Assembly (NCBI GenBank): GCA_964615725.1
Contig: CAZTPW010000002.1
Span: 5,656 to 69,655 of the forward strand
DNA from: an uncultured Candidatus Saccharibacteria bacterium
GTDB lineage: Bacteria; Patescibacteriota; Minisyncoccia; Phycocordibacterales; CAZTPW01
DNA: 64,000 bases
Reading direction: 5' to 3'
Positions within the stretch are counted from its first letter, which is position 1, and every line of letters starts with the position of its first letter. Position numbers and translations under genes: made by a program. Below the pieces are notes generated by a model. It worked only from the letters and a program-made list of their open reading frames with translations, was not told where the DNA came from and did not search any database. Below are positions 7,783-18,328 of this stretch, piece after piece.

Positions 7783-8897
7783 TGCAAAATCCGTTCAAAT
7801 TTATTTTTAATAAAGGCACGGAGAGCGCCCTCGGTATTGATATTGGTCCATCATCAGTGAAGGTGGTGCAGATTGAGAAGCAGAAGGGGCGAGCCGTACT
7901 CAAAACGTACGGAGCTTTGTCGCTCGGACCCTATGCGGGAGTAGAAGTGGGGCGAGCCACACGACTACCAGTAGAGAAAGTCGCTGAAGCGATCAACGAC
8001 ATTTTGCGTGAAGCTAATACTACCACAAAACGCTGCGGTCTTTCTATTCCGATGTCGTCGAGTTTGGTGACCGTGATTGAAGTTCCTTCGGTTGATGAGA
8101 AAGAGCTTGCACAGATGATTCCTCTCGAGGCTCGAAAATATATTCCGATCCCTGTAGGAGAGGTGACACTCGACTGGTCTATCATTCCTCGGCAGGAAGT
8201 GGGTGTGTCAGAATTTGAAATGCCAACCGCAGACGGAGCTAAGCGTCAGCAAAAGACCACGGTGCTCCTCGTCGCTATTCACAACGAAGCCATCAGCTAC
8301 GCCCAGGAAATTGTGAAGCTCACTGGGCTTGAAGCGAGTTTTTTTGAAATTGAAATTTTCAGCACCATCAGATCTGTTTTGAATAAAGAAGTGGACCCTG
8401 TAATGATTCTCGACATGGGTGCGGGTTCGACAAAAATTTATATTATTGATCGGGGCGTATTGCGGGCGTCGCATATTATTGCGCGTGGAGCGCAGGATCT
8501 TACCTTGGCAGTGTCGAAAGCGTTGAGTATCACAGTGGACGAGGCAGAAAAAATTAAGCGCATGAAGGGTCTCACTGTAGGTCTCGACAACGAAGACGCC
8601 ATGGGTGTGATGAGCACCACTATCAACTACACCTTCTCAGAAATCAATCGCGTCCTTTTGAATTATCAGAAAAAATACAATAAAGGCATTTCAAAGGTTA
8701 TTTTGACCGGAGGTGGGGCAGTACTCAAAGGCTTTCTCGAAGTTGCAAAGCAAGAGCTTCAAGCTGATGTGGTCCTCGCAGACCCTTTCTCAAAAGTAGA
8801 AGCCCCAGCCTTTCTCGATAAAGTTTTGAAGCAATCAGGTCCTGAGTTTGTAGTCTCAGTAGGTCTCGCTCTCCGTCGCTTGATGGAGGAAAATTAG
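7782..8897 (+). CDS. pilM: type IV pilus assembly protein PilM
   Basis: Actin-like ATPase fold (GIDIGPSSVKVVQIE... ILTGGGA). Start trimmed from 7692 to the ATG at 7782 (MQNPFKF...) because the upstream part overlaps comF. Confidence 0.85.
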   Translation: MQNPFKFIFNKGTESALGIDIGPSSVKVVQIEKQKGRAVLKTYGALSLGPYAGVEVGRATRLPVEKVAEAINDILREANTTTKRCGLSIPMSSSLVTVIEVPSVDEKELAQMIPLEARKYIPIPVGEVTLDWSIIPRQEVGVSEFEMPTADGAKRQQKTTVLLVAIHNEAISYAQEIVKLTGLEASFFEIEIFSTIRSVLNKEVDPVMILDMGAGSTKIYIIDRGVLRASHIIARGAQDLTLAVSKALSITVDEAEKIKRMKGLTVGLDNEDAMGVMSTTINYTFSEINRVLLNYQKKYNKGISKVILTGGGAVLKGFLEVAKQELQADVVLADPFSKVEAPAFLDKVLKQSGPEFVVSVGLALRRLMEEN

Positions 8898-8952
8898 GAT
8901 ATTCACAGGCTTTGGTATATACCACTTTCCTTGACTGTACTATAATGGTGGG

Positions 8953-9564
8953 GTGCCTCCGACCATTAATACAAAAATGCAGTCGTCGTTCATTCCCAAG
9001 AAGCCAGTTGGTGCGGCTCCGCATCGCGCTTCTTCATTGAACATCCTTCTCCTTCTCGGTATCCTTATTTTTCTCGCTTCGGTAGCTCTCGCAGGAGGAT
9101 CATTTTTCTACCAAAAGAATCTTCAGCAGACGATTGATTCCAACAACCAAAAGCTCGACAAATTCGTCAAAGATTTTGGCTCAGGTGCTGAGGAGTTTGT
9201 TCGCCTCGATCAGAAGATTCGCACGGCTCAGACGGTACTCGAAAATCACCTCGCTGGCTCTCTTGCTTTTCGTATTTTGGAAAATATCACTGCAAAAAAT
9301 GTGCGATTTAGCCATTTCAGCTACTCTATCAAAGGTGATGACAAGATTGCCTTCAATCTCAAGGGCGAAGCTCGAACCCAAAACTCACTTGCATTTCAGT
9401 CAGATCTTTTCAGTGGTGGTGTGATTGGTGTCGATCCTGTGGTAAAAAATCCGATTTTCTCGGATATTAAAGTAGATGAGAAGCTCGGAGTAGTCTTCTT
9501 CACCGTTGACGGAACCCTTGATAAGTCTGACATCCTTTACAAGAATAACTTTACTGCACAATAA
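8953..9564 (+). CDS. pilN: PilN-like type IV pilus assembly protein
   Basis: A single N-terminal TM (LNILLLLGILIFLASVALAG) followed by a coiled-coil/periplasmic domain. Position directly after pilM. Confidence 0.6.
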   Translation: MPPTINTKMQSSFIPKKPVGAAPHRASSLNILLLLGILIFLASVALAGGSFFYQKNLQQTIDSNNQKLDKFVKDFGSGAEEFVRLDQKIRTAQTVLENHLAGSLAFRILENITAKNVRFSHFSYSIKGDDKIAFNLKGEARTQNSLAFQSDLFSGGVIGVDPVVKNPIFSDIKVDEKLGVVFFTVDGTLDKSDILYKNNFTAQ

Positions 9565-9565
9565 C

Positions 9566-10144
9566 ATGACATCAAATATCATTGCAGTACTTTTTGTGAT
9601 TGCTTCAGTCGGACTCTATTTTGGTTATACAAGTGATGCAATCACTCACATCAAAGATTTGCGTTCTCAGGTGACAAGCCAGGATGTTGCTTTCGACCAC
9701 ACACGACAGATTACAAAAAAGAAGCAGGAGCTTATTGAAAAGCGCAATAGTATTTCTGCTGATGACCAAGCTCGACTTTCTCATCTTATTCCAGACAGTG
9801 TTGATACGGTACGCCTCATCTCAGAGGTAAATCGTATCGCCGCTCAAAATGGAGTAGAGGTGAAGAGCCTCGACATTAAAGGTGGTGATGCGTCACGTGC
9901 CGGCAAGCCTATCGGTCCTGATGATTCACCAGTTGGAGCAGTCCAGATCGATCTTGCGGTCAATAGTACCTATCCACGATTTTTTAACCTTATGAATGAC
10001 TTGGAGCGAAGCCTCCGAATTATGGACATTACTTCAGTGAATGTAGTAGCGGCTCCAAGTAGTGCCGGGTCTGGTGCGCGTACTCCAAATACTGGTGTCT
10101 ATCAGTACACCATTAGTGCAAAGACTTATTGGCTCAAGCAATAA
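9566..10144 (+). CDS. pilO: PilO-like type IV pilus assembly protein
   Basis: Start at the ATG at 9566 (MTSNIIAVLFVIASVGLYFG...), a single TM plus a coiled coil. Gene order pilM-N-O. Confidence 0.55.
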   Translation: MTSNIIAVLFVIASVGLYFGYTSDAITHIKDLRSQVTSQDVAFDHTRQITKKKQELIEKRNSISADDQARLSHLIPDSVDTVRLISEVNRIAAQNGVEVKSLDIKGGDASRAGKPIGPDDSPVGAVQIDLAVNSTYPRFFNLMNDLERSLRIMDITSVNVVAAPSSAGSGARTPNTGVYQYTISAKTYWLKQ

Positions 10145-10150
10145 AATTCT

Positions 10151-10447
10151 ATGAAAAATAATCTTTCTGCAATTGCATATTTTGTTCTCGGCGCGGTAGT
10201 TGCGTCTGTTATTGTTCTTTCTTCATCGAAGTCTTTTGCCCAGATTACGTCTACCAAACCAAGCGATCTTCGTGATTCTGATCGACGCACTCAGCTTATT
10301 CTCCAACAGCTTAAGTCTGTTGTGATGGATACGAATTTCTTTACATCTCCTCTCTACAAAAACCTCGAAGATTTCAGTGTTACTGTGCAGCAGGAACCAT
10401 TTAAACGAACTAACCCATTCGCTCCTATTGGAGTTGATGCAAACTAA
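10151..10447 (+). CDS. small secreted protein in the PilP position
   Basis: 98 aa with a signal/TM segment (IAYFVLGAVVASVIVLSS). Located between pilO and pilB. Confidence 0.45.
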   Translation: MKNNLSAIAYFVLGAVVASVIVLSSSKSFAQITSTKPSDLRDSDRRTQLILQQLKSVVMDTNFFTSPLYKNLEDFSVTVQQEPFKRTNPFAPIGVDAN

Positions 10448-10449
10448 GC

Positions 10450-12204
10450 ATGAATCCTCTCGAAGCCTTGCTTCAAAAAGGAATACTCACATCGGAACAA
10501 GCTACGGAAATTCAGAAGGAGATTACAGAAAGTGGCGCTTCGCTTGAATCTGTTTTGGCAAAAATGGGGATCGGCCCAGAAGTCCTTTTGTCTGCGAAGG
10601 GGGATTTTTACGGCATCCCTTATCGAGCTATTGGCAATGAACCTATCCCGTATGATGTACTCCGCTATGTACCACAGGAATCTGCCGATCATTATCACTT
10701 CACACCACTGGCGGTAAAAGACGGTGTGCTCGATGGGGGTATTGTTGACCCGGACAACATGGATGCGCGCGACGCCATCAGTTTTATTGCGTCGCGCGCC
10801 AACCTTCCCTTTAAAATTTTTCTTATTACCGAAGATGACTTCGAGCGAGCGATGAATTCATACAAGGGTATGACCGGTCAGGTCGACAGTGCTCTGAAAG
10901 AGCTCGACACAGAATCTTACACCCTTCCCAAAGAAGCTCAGGATGAAGTTTCAGAAGCAGTCAATGAAGTCGATCCATCACAGGAAAATCTTGGTATGGA
11001 GCCGACTCAGGGTGGTCGCATTATCGAAGACGCACCAGTCACCAAAATTGTGGCAACCATCCTCAACTATGCGAGTGAAGGTAGCGCGTCCGACATCCAC
11101 ATCGAACACATGGGGGAGAGTGTTCGTGTTCGATATCGAGTGGATGGTGTTTTGAATACCAGCCTTGTCCTTCCACCAAAAGTGCACTCAGCGCTCGTTG
11201 CACGTATCAAAATTCTTTCGCAGATGCGACTCGATGAAAAGCGAAAACCACAAGATGGCCGTTTTTCTGCAAAAATTAATACTCGCAAGATCGATTTCCG
11301 AGTTTCTACCTTCCCAGCATATTACGGTGAAAAAGTGGTGATGCGATTGCTCGATTCTACTCGAGGTGTGAAGGCGATCAACGACATGGGTCTCACCGAG
11401 CGAAATCTCAAGCTTATTAGAGAAGCAATCAAGAAACCCTACGGTCTTATCCTTATTTCAGGTCCTACTGGTTCCGGAAAATCAACAACTCTTTACTCTA
11501 TGCTCACTGAAGTCGATAAAGAGCAGAAAAACGTTTTGTCACTTGAAGACCCAGTTGAATACAATATTCCTGGTATGAACCAGTCTCAGGTTCGACCTGA
11601 AATCGGCTACACCTTTGCCAACGGTCTCCGAACAACACTCCGACAGGACCCAGACATTATCATGGTGGGAGAAATTCGAGACAAGGAAACTGCGCAGCTC
11701 GCCATCCAAGCGGCGCTCACAGGTCACCTTGTGCTTTCAACCATTCACACCAACAACGCAGCGGGTGTTATTCCTCGACTTGTAGACATGGGTATCGATC
11801 CATTCCTTATTGCGCCAACCCTCGTTCTCGCAATTGCACAGCGCCTTGCACGTAAGCTTGTTCCAAATACCGGCAAGCCGCTCAAGGTGGAAGGGCGAGT
11901 AAAAGACATGATTGATGCTGAGTTTAAAGATGTTCCAGAAGAATTCCGTAAAAAAGTCCCATGGTCAGATGTGGTCTATGAGGCGGTACCTACACCAGGC
12001 GCTCCGACGGGTACCAGTGGTCGTGTTGCGGTCATGGAGGTGATTGAAATGAGTCCAGAACTCGAGCGTGTTATTTTGAAAAACCCAATCGAAGATGAAA
12101 TCATGAAGGTGGCACGAGCGCAGGGTATGCTTACCATGCGGGAAGATGCTATGATAAAGGCATTCCAGAAAGTCATTCCAATTGAAGAAATTAACGGACT
12201 CTAA
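10450..12204 (+). CDS. pilB: type IV pilus assembly ATPase PilB (GspE family)
   Basis: N-terminal GSPII_E_N-like domain. Walker A ILISGPTGSGKSTT. Asp and His boxes (LRQDPDIIMVGEIRD; HLVLSTIHTNNA). 584 aa. Confidence 0.9.
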   Translation: MNPLEALLQKGILTSEQATEIQKEITESGASLESVLAKMGIGPEVLLSAKGDFYGIPYRAIGNEPIPYDVLRYVPQESADHYHFTPLAVKDGVLDGGIVDPDNMDARDAISFIASRANLPFKIFLITEDDFERAMNSYKGMTGQVDSALKELDTESYTLPKEAQDEVSEAVNEVDPSQENLGMEPTQGGRIIEDAPVTKIVATILNYASEGSASDIHIEHMGESVRVRYRVDGVLNTSLVLPPKVHSALVARIKILSQMRLDEKRKPQDGRFSAKINTRKIDFRVSTFPAYYGEKVVMRLLDSTRGVKAINDMGLTERNLKLIREAIKKPYGLILISGPTGSGKSTTLYSMLTEVDKEQKNVLSLEDPVEYNIPGMNQSQVRPEIGYTFANGLRTTLRQDPDIIMVGEIRDKETAQLAIQAALTGHLVLSTIHTNNAAGVIPRLVDMGIDPFLIAPTLVLAIAQRLARKLVPNTGKPLKVEGRVKDMIDAEFKDVPEEFRKKVPWSDVVYEAVPTPGAPTGTSGRVAVMEVIEMSPELERVILKNPIEDEIMKVARAQGMLTMREDAMIKAFQKVIPIEEINGL

Positions 12205-12217
12205 AAGAAACACTGCT

Positions 12218-12607
12218 ATGGCACAAGAACAAAAAACCTACAAAATACTTTTGGTTGATGATGATCATTTCCTCCTCAATATGTACTCAATCAAGTTCAA
12301 AGCATCAGGTTTTGATGTGGAAGTCGTCGCTGGCGCCGAGGAGGCTCTCTCAAAAATCAATGACGGCTATGCACCAGACGTCATGATGGTGGATGTGGTC
12401 ATGCCAGGTATGGATGGAATGACATTTCTTGAAAAAATCCGCAAGGAAAAGCTTATCCCAAAAACAAAAATCATCATGCTCTCAAACCAAAGCCAACCTC
12501 AGGACATCGATCGAGCAAAAGCACTCAACGTGGCCGGCTACATCGTAAAGGCAACCACGATCCCATCGGAGGTTGTAGCAGAGACGCTTCGCATTATTCA
12601 AGGATAA
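12218..12607 (+). CDS. CheY-like response regulator receiver protein (PilH-like)
   Basis: Receiver motifs KILLVDDD... DVVMPGMDG... with no output domain. Start at the ATG at 12218, just after the pilB stop. Embedded between pilB and pilT. Confidence 0.8.
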   Translation: MAQEQKTYKILLVDDDHFLLNMYSIKFKASGFDVEVVAGAEEALSKINDGYAPDVMMVDVVMPGMDGMTFLEKIRKEKLIPKTKIIMLSNQSQPQDIDRAKALNVAGYIVKATTIPSEVVAETLRIIQG

Positions 12608-12617
12608 ATAAACAATT

Positions 12618-13685
12618 ATGCACATTGATTACGCACAAGATTTGAATGACATTCTCTCCACGGTAGAAAAGGAGGGTGCTTCTGATATTCATATTGGAGA
12701 AGGGAAGCACCCCACTATGCGAGTATCAGGCTTCCTCATTCCTATGGTCAAAAAGCCTATCCTCACCAAGGAAATGATGCTTGGCTACGTAGATGTGCTT
12801 TTGAGTAAAGAGCAGAAGGAGCGTTTTTTCCAGTACAAAGAAATTGACGTTTCTTATGAGCATGAAAAGACTGAGCGATTCCGAGTCAACGGCTACTTCC
12901 AGCAGGGTCGGATTACGTTTGCGATGCGTCTCATTCCCAAGAAGATCAAAACACTCGCTGAACTCAACCTTCCTCCAGCACTTGAAATGTTTGCAGAAAA
13001 ACCTCAGGGCTTCTTCCTCGTAGTGGGTCCGGTAGGTCAGGGAAAGACCACAACGCTTGCAGCAATCATTGATCACATCAATCAAGAGCGAGCGGAGCAC
13101 ATTCTCACCATTGAAGACCCGATCGAATATATTTACGAACCAAAGAAGGCAATTATCAACCAGCGAGAAGTCGGTATTGATACCCATGACTTCCACACCG
13201 CCTTGAATGGTATGTTCCGCGAGGATATTGATGTATGTCTTCTTGGAGAAATGCGAGACCCAGAGACGATGGCGACTGCGGTGACTGCGGCAGAAACAGG
13301 ACACCTCGTATTCTCAACCCTTCACACCAACAACGCAGCTCAGACTATCAACCGTATCATCGACAGCTTCCCAGCACAGCAACAGGATCAGATCCGAGTG
13401 CAGCTCGCTTCATCGCTCACAGGTATTTTCTCCCAGCGTCTTATTCCTCGAGTATCAGGAGGACTCATTCCTGCGTATGAGCTTTTGATCAATAACAATG
13501 CCGTAGCAAACCTCATCCGAGAAAAGCGAACTCACGAAATCAACACTGTGATCGAGACAGGTCTCGAGCAGGGTATGATCAGCATGGAACGCTGCCTCGC
13601 TGACCTTGTGCGAGCGGGCGAGATTACGGTTGAGAACGCCTATCTCCACTCACAAAATTCAAAGACGCTTGAGCGAATGCTATAA
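12618..13685 (+). CDS. pilT: twitching motility ATPase PilT
   Basis: Walker A VVGPVGQGKTTT. His box GHLVFSTLHTNNAAQTINRIID. 355 aa, typical PilT/PilU retraction ATPase. Confidence 0.9.
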   Translation: MHIDYAQDLNDILSTVEKEGASDIHIGEGKHPTMRVSGFLIPMVKKPILTKEMMLGYVDVLLSKEQKERFFQYKEIDVSYEHEKTERFRVNGYFQQGRITFAMRLIPKKIKTLAELNLPPALEMFAEKPQGFFLVVGPVGQGKTTTLAAIIDHINQERAEHILTIEDPIEYIYEPKKAIINQREVGIDTHDFHTALNGMFREDIDVCLLGEMRDPETMATAVTAAETGHLVFSTLHTNNAAQTINRIIDSFPAQQQDQIRVQLASSLTGIFSQRLIPRVSGGLIPAYELLINNNAVANLIREKRTHEINTVIETGLEQGMISMERCLADLVRAGEITVENAYLHSQNSKTLERML

Positions 13686-13702
13686 TCTAAAGACTCCACA
13701 CT

Positions 13703-14914
13703 ATGCTATTTACATATAAAGGAATTGAAGGAAGCGGCACACCGGTACAGGGAAGTATCGAGGCTATTAATATTGATGTCGCTATTAGCTCGCTTCAAAA
13801 GCGTGGCTTCAGTATCACTACGATCAACCCTGTTGAAGCAAAGAGCGATTCTCTCCTTTCAAAGAACCTCACATTCCTTTCTCGAGTAAAAAACAAAGAT
13901 ATTGTCATCCTTTCTCGACAGATGTCGACGCTTTTTGGTGCGCAAGTCTCAGCACTTCGAGTGTTCCGACTTCTTGCTGGTGAGACAGAAAATCCCATTC
14001 TTCAAAAGACCCTCAACGAAGTCGCTGAAGATTTGCAAGGTGGTAGCGCTATTTCGAAAGCGCTTGCAAAGCATCCAAAAATCTTTTCAAGCTTCTATGT
14101 AAACATGGTCCGATCTGGTGAAGAGGCTGGTAAGCTCGACGAAATTCTTATTTACCTTGCTGACTACCTTGATCGAAGCTATGAAGTTACCTCAAAAGCG
14201 AAGAATGCCCTCATCTACCCAGCCTTTGTTGTGTTTACCTTCGTGATTGTGATGATTTTGATGCTCACGATCGTGATCCCAAACATCAGCAAAATACTTA
14301 CTGAATCTGGTCAAGAAATTCCTTTCTATACAAAAGTTGTCCTTGGTATTAGTGACTTCTTCGTCAATTTTGGTCCATGGCTTATTCCTGTGGTCTTGGT
14401 TGGAGGATTCTTTCTCTTCCGATATGCAAACACCGATCAAGGAAAAACAAACATTTCTCGACTCAAGATTACGGTTCCTTATGTAGGAAATCTCTATCGA
14501 AAGCTTTACCTGGCCCGAATCGCTGACAACATGAACACCATGCTGGTAAGTGCGATCCCCATCATCAAGGCACTCGAAATCACTTCAACGCTTGTGGGAA
14601 ATGCTGTCTACGAGAAGATTCTCAACGAAACGCTTGATGCGGTGAAGTCGGGAAGCTCGATGTCCGAAGCTCTTGGTCGCCACCCTGAAATTCCAGGCAT
14701 TATGATCCAAATGACCAAGGTAGGAGAGGAGACTGGTGAGCTTGGCGAGATTTTGAAGAGCCTCGCGAAGTTCTACAACCGTGAAGTTATCAATGCCGTC
14801 GACACCCTCGTCGACCTTATTGAGCCTGCCATGATCGTCTTTTTGGGCGTAGGCGTAGCTATCCTCCTCGCATCGGTCCTTATCCCTATCTACAACATCT
14901 CAACTGCTATCTAA
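13703..14914 (+). CDS. pilC: type IV pilus platform protein PilC (GspF family)
   Basis: 403 aa with two GspF repeats and three TM regions (e.g. ALIYPAFVVFTFVIVMILML). Confidence 0.85.
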   Translation: MLFTYKGIEGSGTPVQGSIEAINIDVAISSLQKRGFSITTINPVEAKSDSLLSKNLTFLSRVKNKDIVILSRQMSTLFGAQVSALRVFRLLAGETENPILQKTLNEVAEDLQGGSAISKALAKHPKIFSSFYVNMVRSGEEAGKLDEILIYLADYLDRSYEVTSKAKNALIYPAFVVFTFVIVMILMLTIVIPNISKILTESGQEIPFYTKVVLGISDFFVNFGPWLIPVVLVGGFFLFRYANTDQGKTNISRLKITVPYVGNLYRKLYLARIADNMNTMLVSAIPIIKALEITSTLVGNAVYEKILNETLDAVKSGSSMSEALGRHPEIPGIMIQMTKVGEETGELGEILKSLAKFYNREVINAVDTLVDLIEPAMIVFLGVGVAILLASVLIPIYNISTAI

Positions 14915-15074
14915 TATCCACAGGACCCCTATTTACAAGGCTTTTTGTACGATATAATACTTGAAGCTCTCAAGAAGAAGCAGACTTCCTGGCTATAGAC
15001 AGTAAGGGGTCGGTACTATTCTTCCGGGGTTAAAAATTATTCGAATAAAATCTTTTAGTAAGTAATATACGTAT

Positions 15075-15524
15075 ATGAAGAAAACATCACGAGGTTTTAC
15101 CCTTATTGAACTCTTGGTCGTGATTGCTATCATCGGTATCTTGGCTGGCGTTGTGCTCACAAACTTGAGCTCAGCTCGAGACAAGGCAAAGGTTAGCGCT
15201 GTGAAGGAAGCTATGAGTGGTATCCGAACCTCAATGGAGGACTACAACACTTCTGGTAACTATGGTGCTATTACTGATGTAGCTTCGGCTTGTACAGGTA
15301 CCAACGCGGGTGGAGGATTTGCTTCTAACGCAGTGGTAAATGCAATTGCAAACATTACTAACAACGGTGCCACAGTTATTGAGTGTACAGGTGATGCTGC
15401 AACAGCAAACGCATGGGCACTCTCTGTGACACTTCCTGGTTCAAACGGATCATGGTGTGTTGACTCAAGTGGTGCTGCCACATCAACAGTTGATACTGGT
15501 GATGATGGAGACTGCGGAGCGTAA
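15075..15524 (+). CDS. pilA: type IV major pilin (prepilin, N-terminal cleavage/methylation domain)
   Basis: Class III signal peptide: MKKTSRG|FTLIELLVVIAIIGILAG with the conserved G-1/F+1/E+5. 149 aa. Strong terminator immediately downstream. Confidence 0.85.
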   Translation: MKKTSRGFTLIELLVVIAIIGILAGVVLTNLSSARDKAKVSAVKEAMSGIRTSMEDYNTSGNYGAITDVASACTGTNAGGGFASNAVVNAIANITNNGATVIECTGDAATANAWALSVTLPGSNGSWCVDSSGAATSTVDTGDDGDCGA

Positions 15525-15542
15525 TCTACGCTTTGTAAAAGA

Positions 15543-15577
15543 AAAAAACCGTCCACAGGGCGGTTTTTTCTTTTGTG
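15543..15577 (+). terminator. rho-independent terminator after pilA
   Basis: aaaaaaaccgtccacagggcggttttttctttt: GC hairpin flanked by an A-run upstream and a T-run downstream. Confidence 0.8.
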
Positions 15578-15621
15578 TGATTTTGTTACAATAAGAGGGA
15601 ATTATTATTTACCTTTTTACT

Positions 15622-16173
15622 ATGAATATATTCCTATCAAGACGAAATAAAGGCTTCACCCTCATCGAGCTTCTTGTGGTGATCGGTATTATTGGTGTAT
15701 TGACCGCAATCGTCCTTCCAAACCTCATCAGTCCCCGCGCAAAATCTCGTGATGGAAAGCGTGTTGCTGATATCAAGCAGATTCAGCTCGCACTCGAGCT
15801 TTACGCTGATCGTAACTCAGGTAAATTCCCAGCTACAGATTCAGCAGGTCTTTCTGCTGCACTCACACCTACTTATATCCAAACACTACCGAAGGACCCA
15901 ACAACAGGTGCAAACTATCAGTATATTCCACGTGGTTCAAGCTCTTCATTGTGTTACGGCTACCACCTTGGTGCTGCTCTTGAAGAGGGGACAAATACCG
16001 CACTTCGTGAGGATGCAGATTCTGCGGTCAGTGTCGGTGGTTTTTGTGGACAATCCGTCTCTGATTTTGAAGGGACAAGTGCAACGGCAAGCAATCTTTG
16101 CGATTCAACCGCCGGAGTTGCCCAAGGCCAATCAAACCCAACAGAAAAGTGTTATGACGTCGTAAACAATTAA
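15622..16173 (+). CDS. type IV pilin-like protein (second prepilin)
   Basis: Prepilin leader MNIFLSRRNKG|FTLIELLVVIGIIGVLTAIVL. 183 aa. Confidence 0.8.
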   Translation: MNIFLSRRNKGFTLIELLVVIGIIGVLTAIVLPNLISPRAKSRDGKRVADIKQIQLALELYADRNSGKFPATDSAGLSAALTPTYIQTLPKDPTTGANYQYIPRGSSSSLCYGYHLGAALEEGTNTALREDADSAVSVGGFCGQSVSDFEGTSATASNLCDSTAGVAQGQSNPTEKCYDVVNN

Positions 16174-16176
16174 TCT

Positions 16177-17037
16177 ATGGAATATATCATCGCGCTCATC
16201 GTATTTGCTTTCGGCTCAATCATAGGAAGTTTTCTGAATGTTGTTGCTCTCCGCTACAACACCGGCATGACACTCGGTGGTCGCTCGGCGTGTTTTTCTT
16301 GCGGTAAAAAACTTTCATGGCACGAACTCTTTCCGATTCTAAGCTACCTTTTTCAGTTGGGCCGTTGTCGTGGATGTAAAAGCAAAATTTCTCTTCAGTA
16401 TCCGATGGTAGAGGCGCTTACCGGACTCCTTTTTGTGGCAGTCTTCTTTAAAGAGCTTGGTGTGGGCTTTGATATGATTCAGGCAACATACGGCGCCATC
16501 GTACTTGCTGCATTTGTTGTGATCGTGTTCTCACTTCTTATTGTCATTTCTGTCTATGACCTTCGCCATACGATTATTCCAAACGGCATGGTCTATTCAT
16601 TCATCGCTCTTTCTTTTATCGGTCTTTTTATATCAACATCACCGACGCTCTCATTCAATGTCCCATCATATGCTGAGCTCGCATCGGGCCCCATCTACGC
16701 ACTCATCTTTGCTTCACTTTGGTTTTTCTCACGAGGAAAGTGGATTGGCTTAGGTGATGCAAAGTTGGCGCTCGGTATCGGATGGCTCCTGGGGCTTGTG
16801 GGCGGCGGGTCCGCACTTATGTTTGCGTTCTGGCTTGGTGCACTTGTGGGAATTGTTCTTATTATCGGTACAAAAGTTGGAGTACTTATCACCGGTCGAA
16901 AGATCGACATTCATAGCGAAATCCCATTTGCGCCATTTATGATTCTCACTGCATTCTTCGTTTACTACACAGGATTTACCATGGTTGATTTCCTCAATCA
17001 TCTCCAAGCATTCCTTACGCTCGTTACGTGGTCATAG
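16177..17037 (+). CDS. pilD: prepilin peptidase PilD (A24 family aspartic peptidase/N-methyltransferase)
   Basis: N-terminal tetra-Cys CxxC...CxxC zinc region (CFSCGKK... CRGCKSK) and multiple TM segments. Confidence 0.85.
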   Translation: MEYIIALIVFAFGSIIGSFLNVVALRYNTGMTLGGRSACFSCGKKLSWHELFPILSYLFQLGRCRGCKSKISLQYPMVEALTGLLFVAVFFKELGVGFDMIQATYGAIVLAAFVVIVFSLLIVISVYDLRHTIIPNGMVYSFIALSFIGLFISTSPTLSFNVPSYAELASGPIYALIFASLWFFSRGKWIGLGDAKLALGIGWLLGLVGGGSALMFAFWLGALVGIVLIIGTKVGVLITGRKIDIHSEIPFAPFMILTAFFVYYTGFTMVDFLNHLQAFLTLVTWS

Positions 17038-17062
17038 GTAGGGGGTTGATTCAATTATATTC

Positions 17063-17713
17063 ATGAAATTTCTTCATTCAAAACCACATACCCAAAAAGG
17101 CTTCACCCTCTTCGAGCTTTTGGTTTCGATTGGAATTTTCACACTCCTCACAACAACGCTTCTTGTTAAAAACTCACAGTATAAAGGGAATACCGTCATC
17201 ACCAATCTCGCATATGAAATGGCACTTATCGTCCGTCAGGCTCAAGTCTACGGAATCAATGTACGTCAAGTTGGTACGGGCAACTTCGATTATGCGTATG
17301 GTGTGCACTTCAGCTTTGATCCTGCCAACAAGGACTCAGACGGGCATGTGACCAGTTTCAAACTTTTTTCTGATAGTCACCCAACTCCTGTCGATGGTAA
17401 GTATGACCACCCCAACGAAGATGTCGAGCTTTTCAATCTCTCGCCCGGCAACTGGATCGAAAATATATGTCTCGATGTTGGTGGGGTTCCGAAGTGTGTA
17501 AAGGATGGTGATTTTACTACACTCGATGTGATGTTTAAGCGTCCAGACCCATCAGCTATCTTTTTCACATCGGGCGGTACTACCAACTTTTCTTATGCCT
17601 CAACCGCTCACGTGTACATCCTCTCAAGTAAGGGGATCTGTCGACAGATCGATATTAACAAAACTGGCCAAATTTCAGTGCCGGACGTAGACCCATCATT
17701 CACATGTTCTTAA
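17063..17713 (+). CDS. minor pilin / pseudopilin (prepilin-type N-terminal domain)
   Basis: Leader ...HTQKG|FTLFELLVSIGIFTLL. 216 aa. Confidence 0.7.
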   Translation: MKFLHSKPHTQKGFTLFELLVSIGIFTLLTTTLLVKNSQYKGNTVITNLAYEMALIVRQAQVYGINVRQVGTGNFDYAYGVHFSFDPANKDSDGHVTSFKLFSDSHPTPVDGKYDHPNEDVELFNLSPGNWIENICLDVGGVPKCVKDGDFTTLDVMFKRPDPSAIFFTSGGTTNFSYASTAHVYILSSKGICRQIDINKTGQISVPDVDPSFTCS

Positions 17714-18324
17714 ACCACTTCTCTCCAAATCAGCGATATGGTCAGAAAGGCTTCACGCTCATTGAGGTGATTGTTTCGATCTCGATTTTTATTGTCGTTA
17801 TGGTTGTTGCGGCTGGGGCAGTACTTTCGATCATTGATGCCAATCGAAAATCTCATGCTACAAAATCTGTGATCGATAGCCTCAACTTTATTCTTGAGGA
17901 TTTCGCGCGAAACGTGGTGACGGGTTCTCTTTATTCATGCAGTACAACGCCTTCGTCGGGTACTATTTCAGGTGCGTTACCTACGGATAATTGTCCAACC
18001 GGATGGACCAACAATTTCTCATTCAAGGACCAAAACGGTAAAGTGGTTGTGTATTCATATGATCCAATCAGCCACCAAATTACTGTGTCGCACGATGGAG
18101 GAGTTTACCTTCCGGTCAATTCACCGGAGGTCTACATCACCTCATTTGATATTTATGTGATGGGGGTTGGTCGTCAGTCTCCAAACCCTGAGCAGCAGCC
18201 TCGTGTATTCGTAACGATCCGTGGCTACGGGGCATTTGGTGATCCAACCAATCAGAAATACCGCACTGAGTTTAACGTTCAGACATCAATTACCCAGCGT
18301 AATATCGAACGCCTTGAACCATAA
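17704..18324 (+). CDS. minor pilin / pseudopilin (GspH/FimT-like)
   Basis: Leader ...YGQKG|FTLIEVIVSISIFIVVM. 206 aa. 10-bp overlap with the previous gene. Confidence 0.7.
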   Translation: MFLNHFSPNQRYGQKGFTLIEVIVSISIFIVVMVVAAGAVLSIIDANRKSHATKSVIDSLNFILEDFARNVVTGSLYSCSTTPSSGTISGALPTDNCPTGWTNNFSFKDQNGKVVVYSYDPISHQITVSHDGGVYLPVNSPEVYITSFDIYVMGVGRQSPNPEQQPRVFVTIRGYGAFGDPTNQKYRTEFNVQTSITQRNIERLEP

Positions 18325-18328
18325 TCCT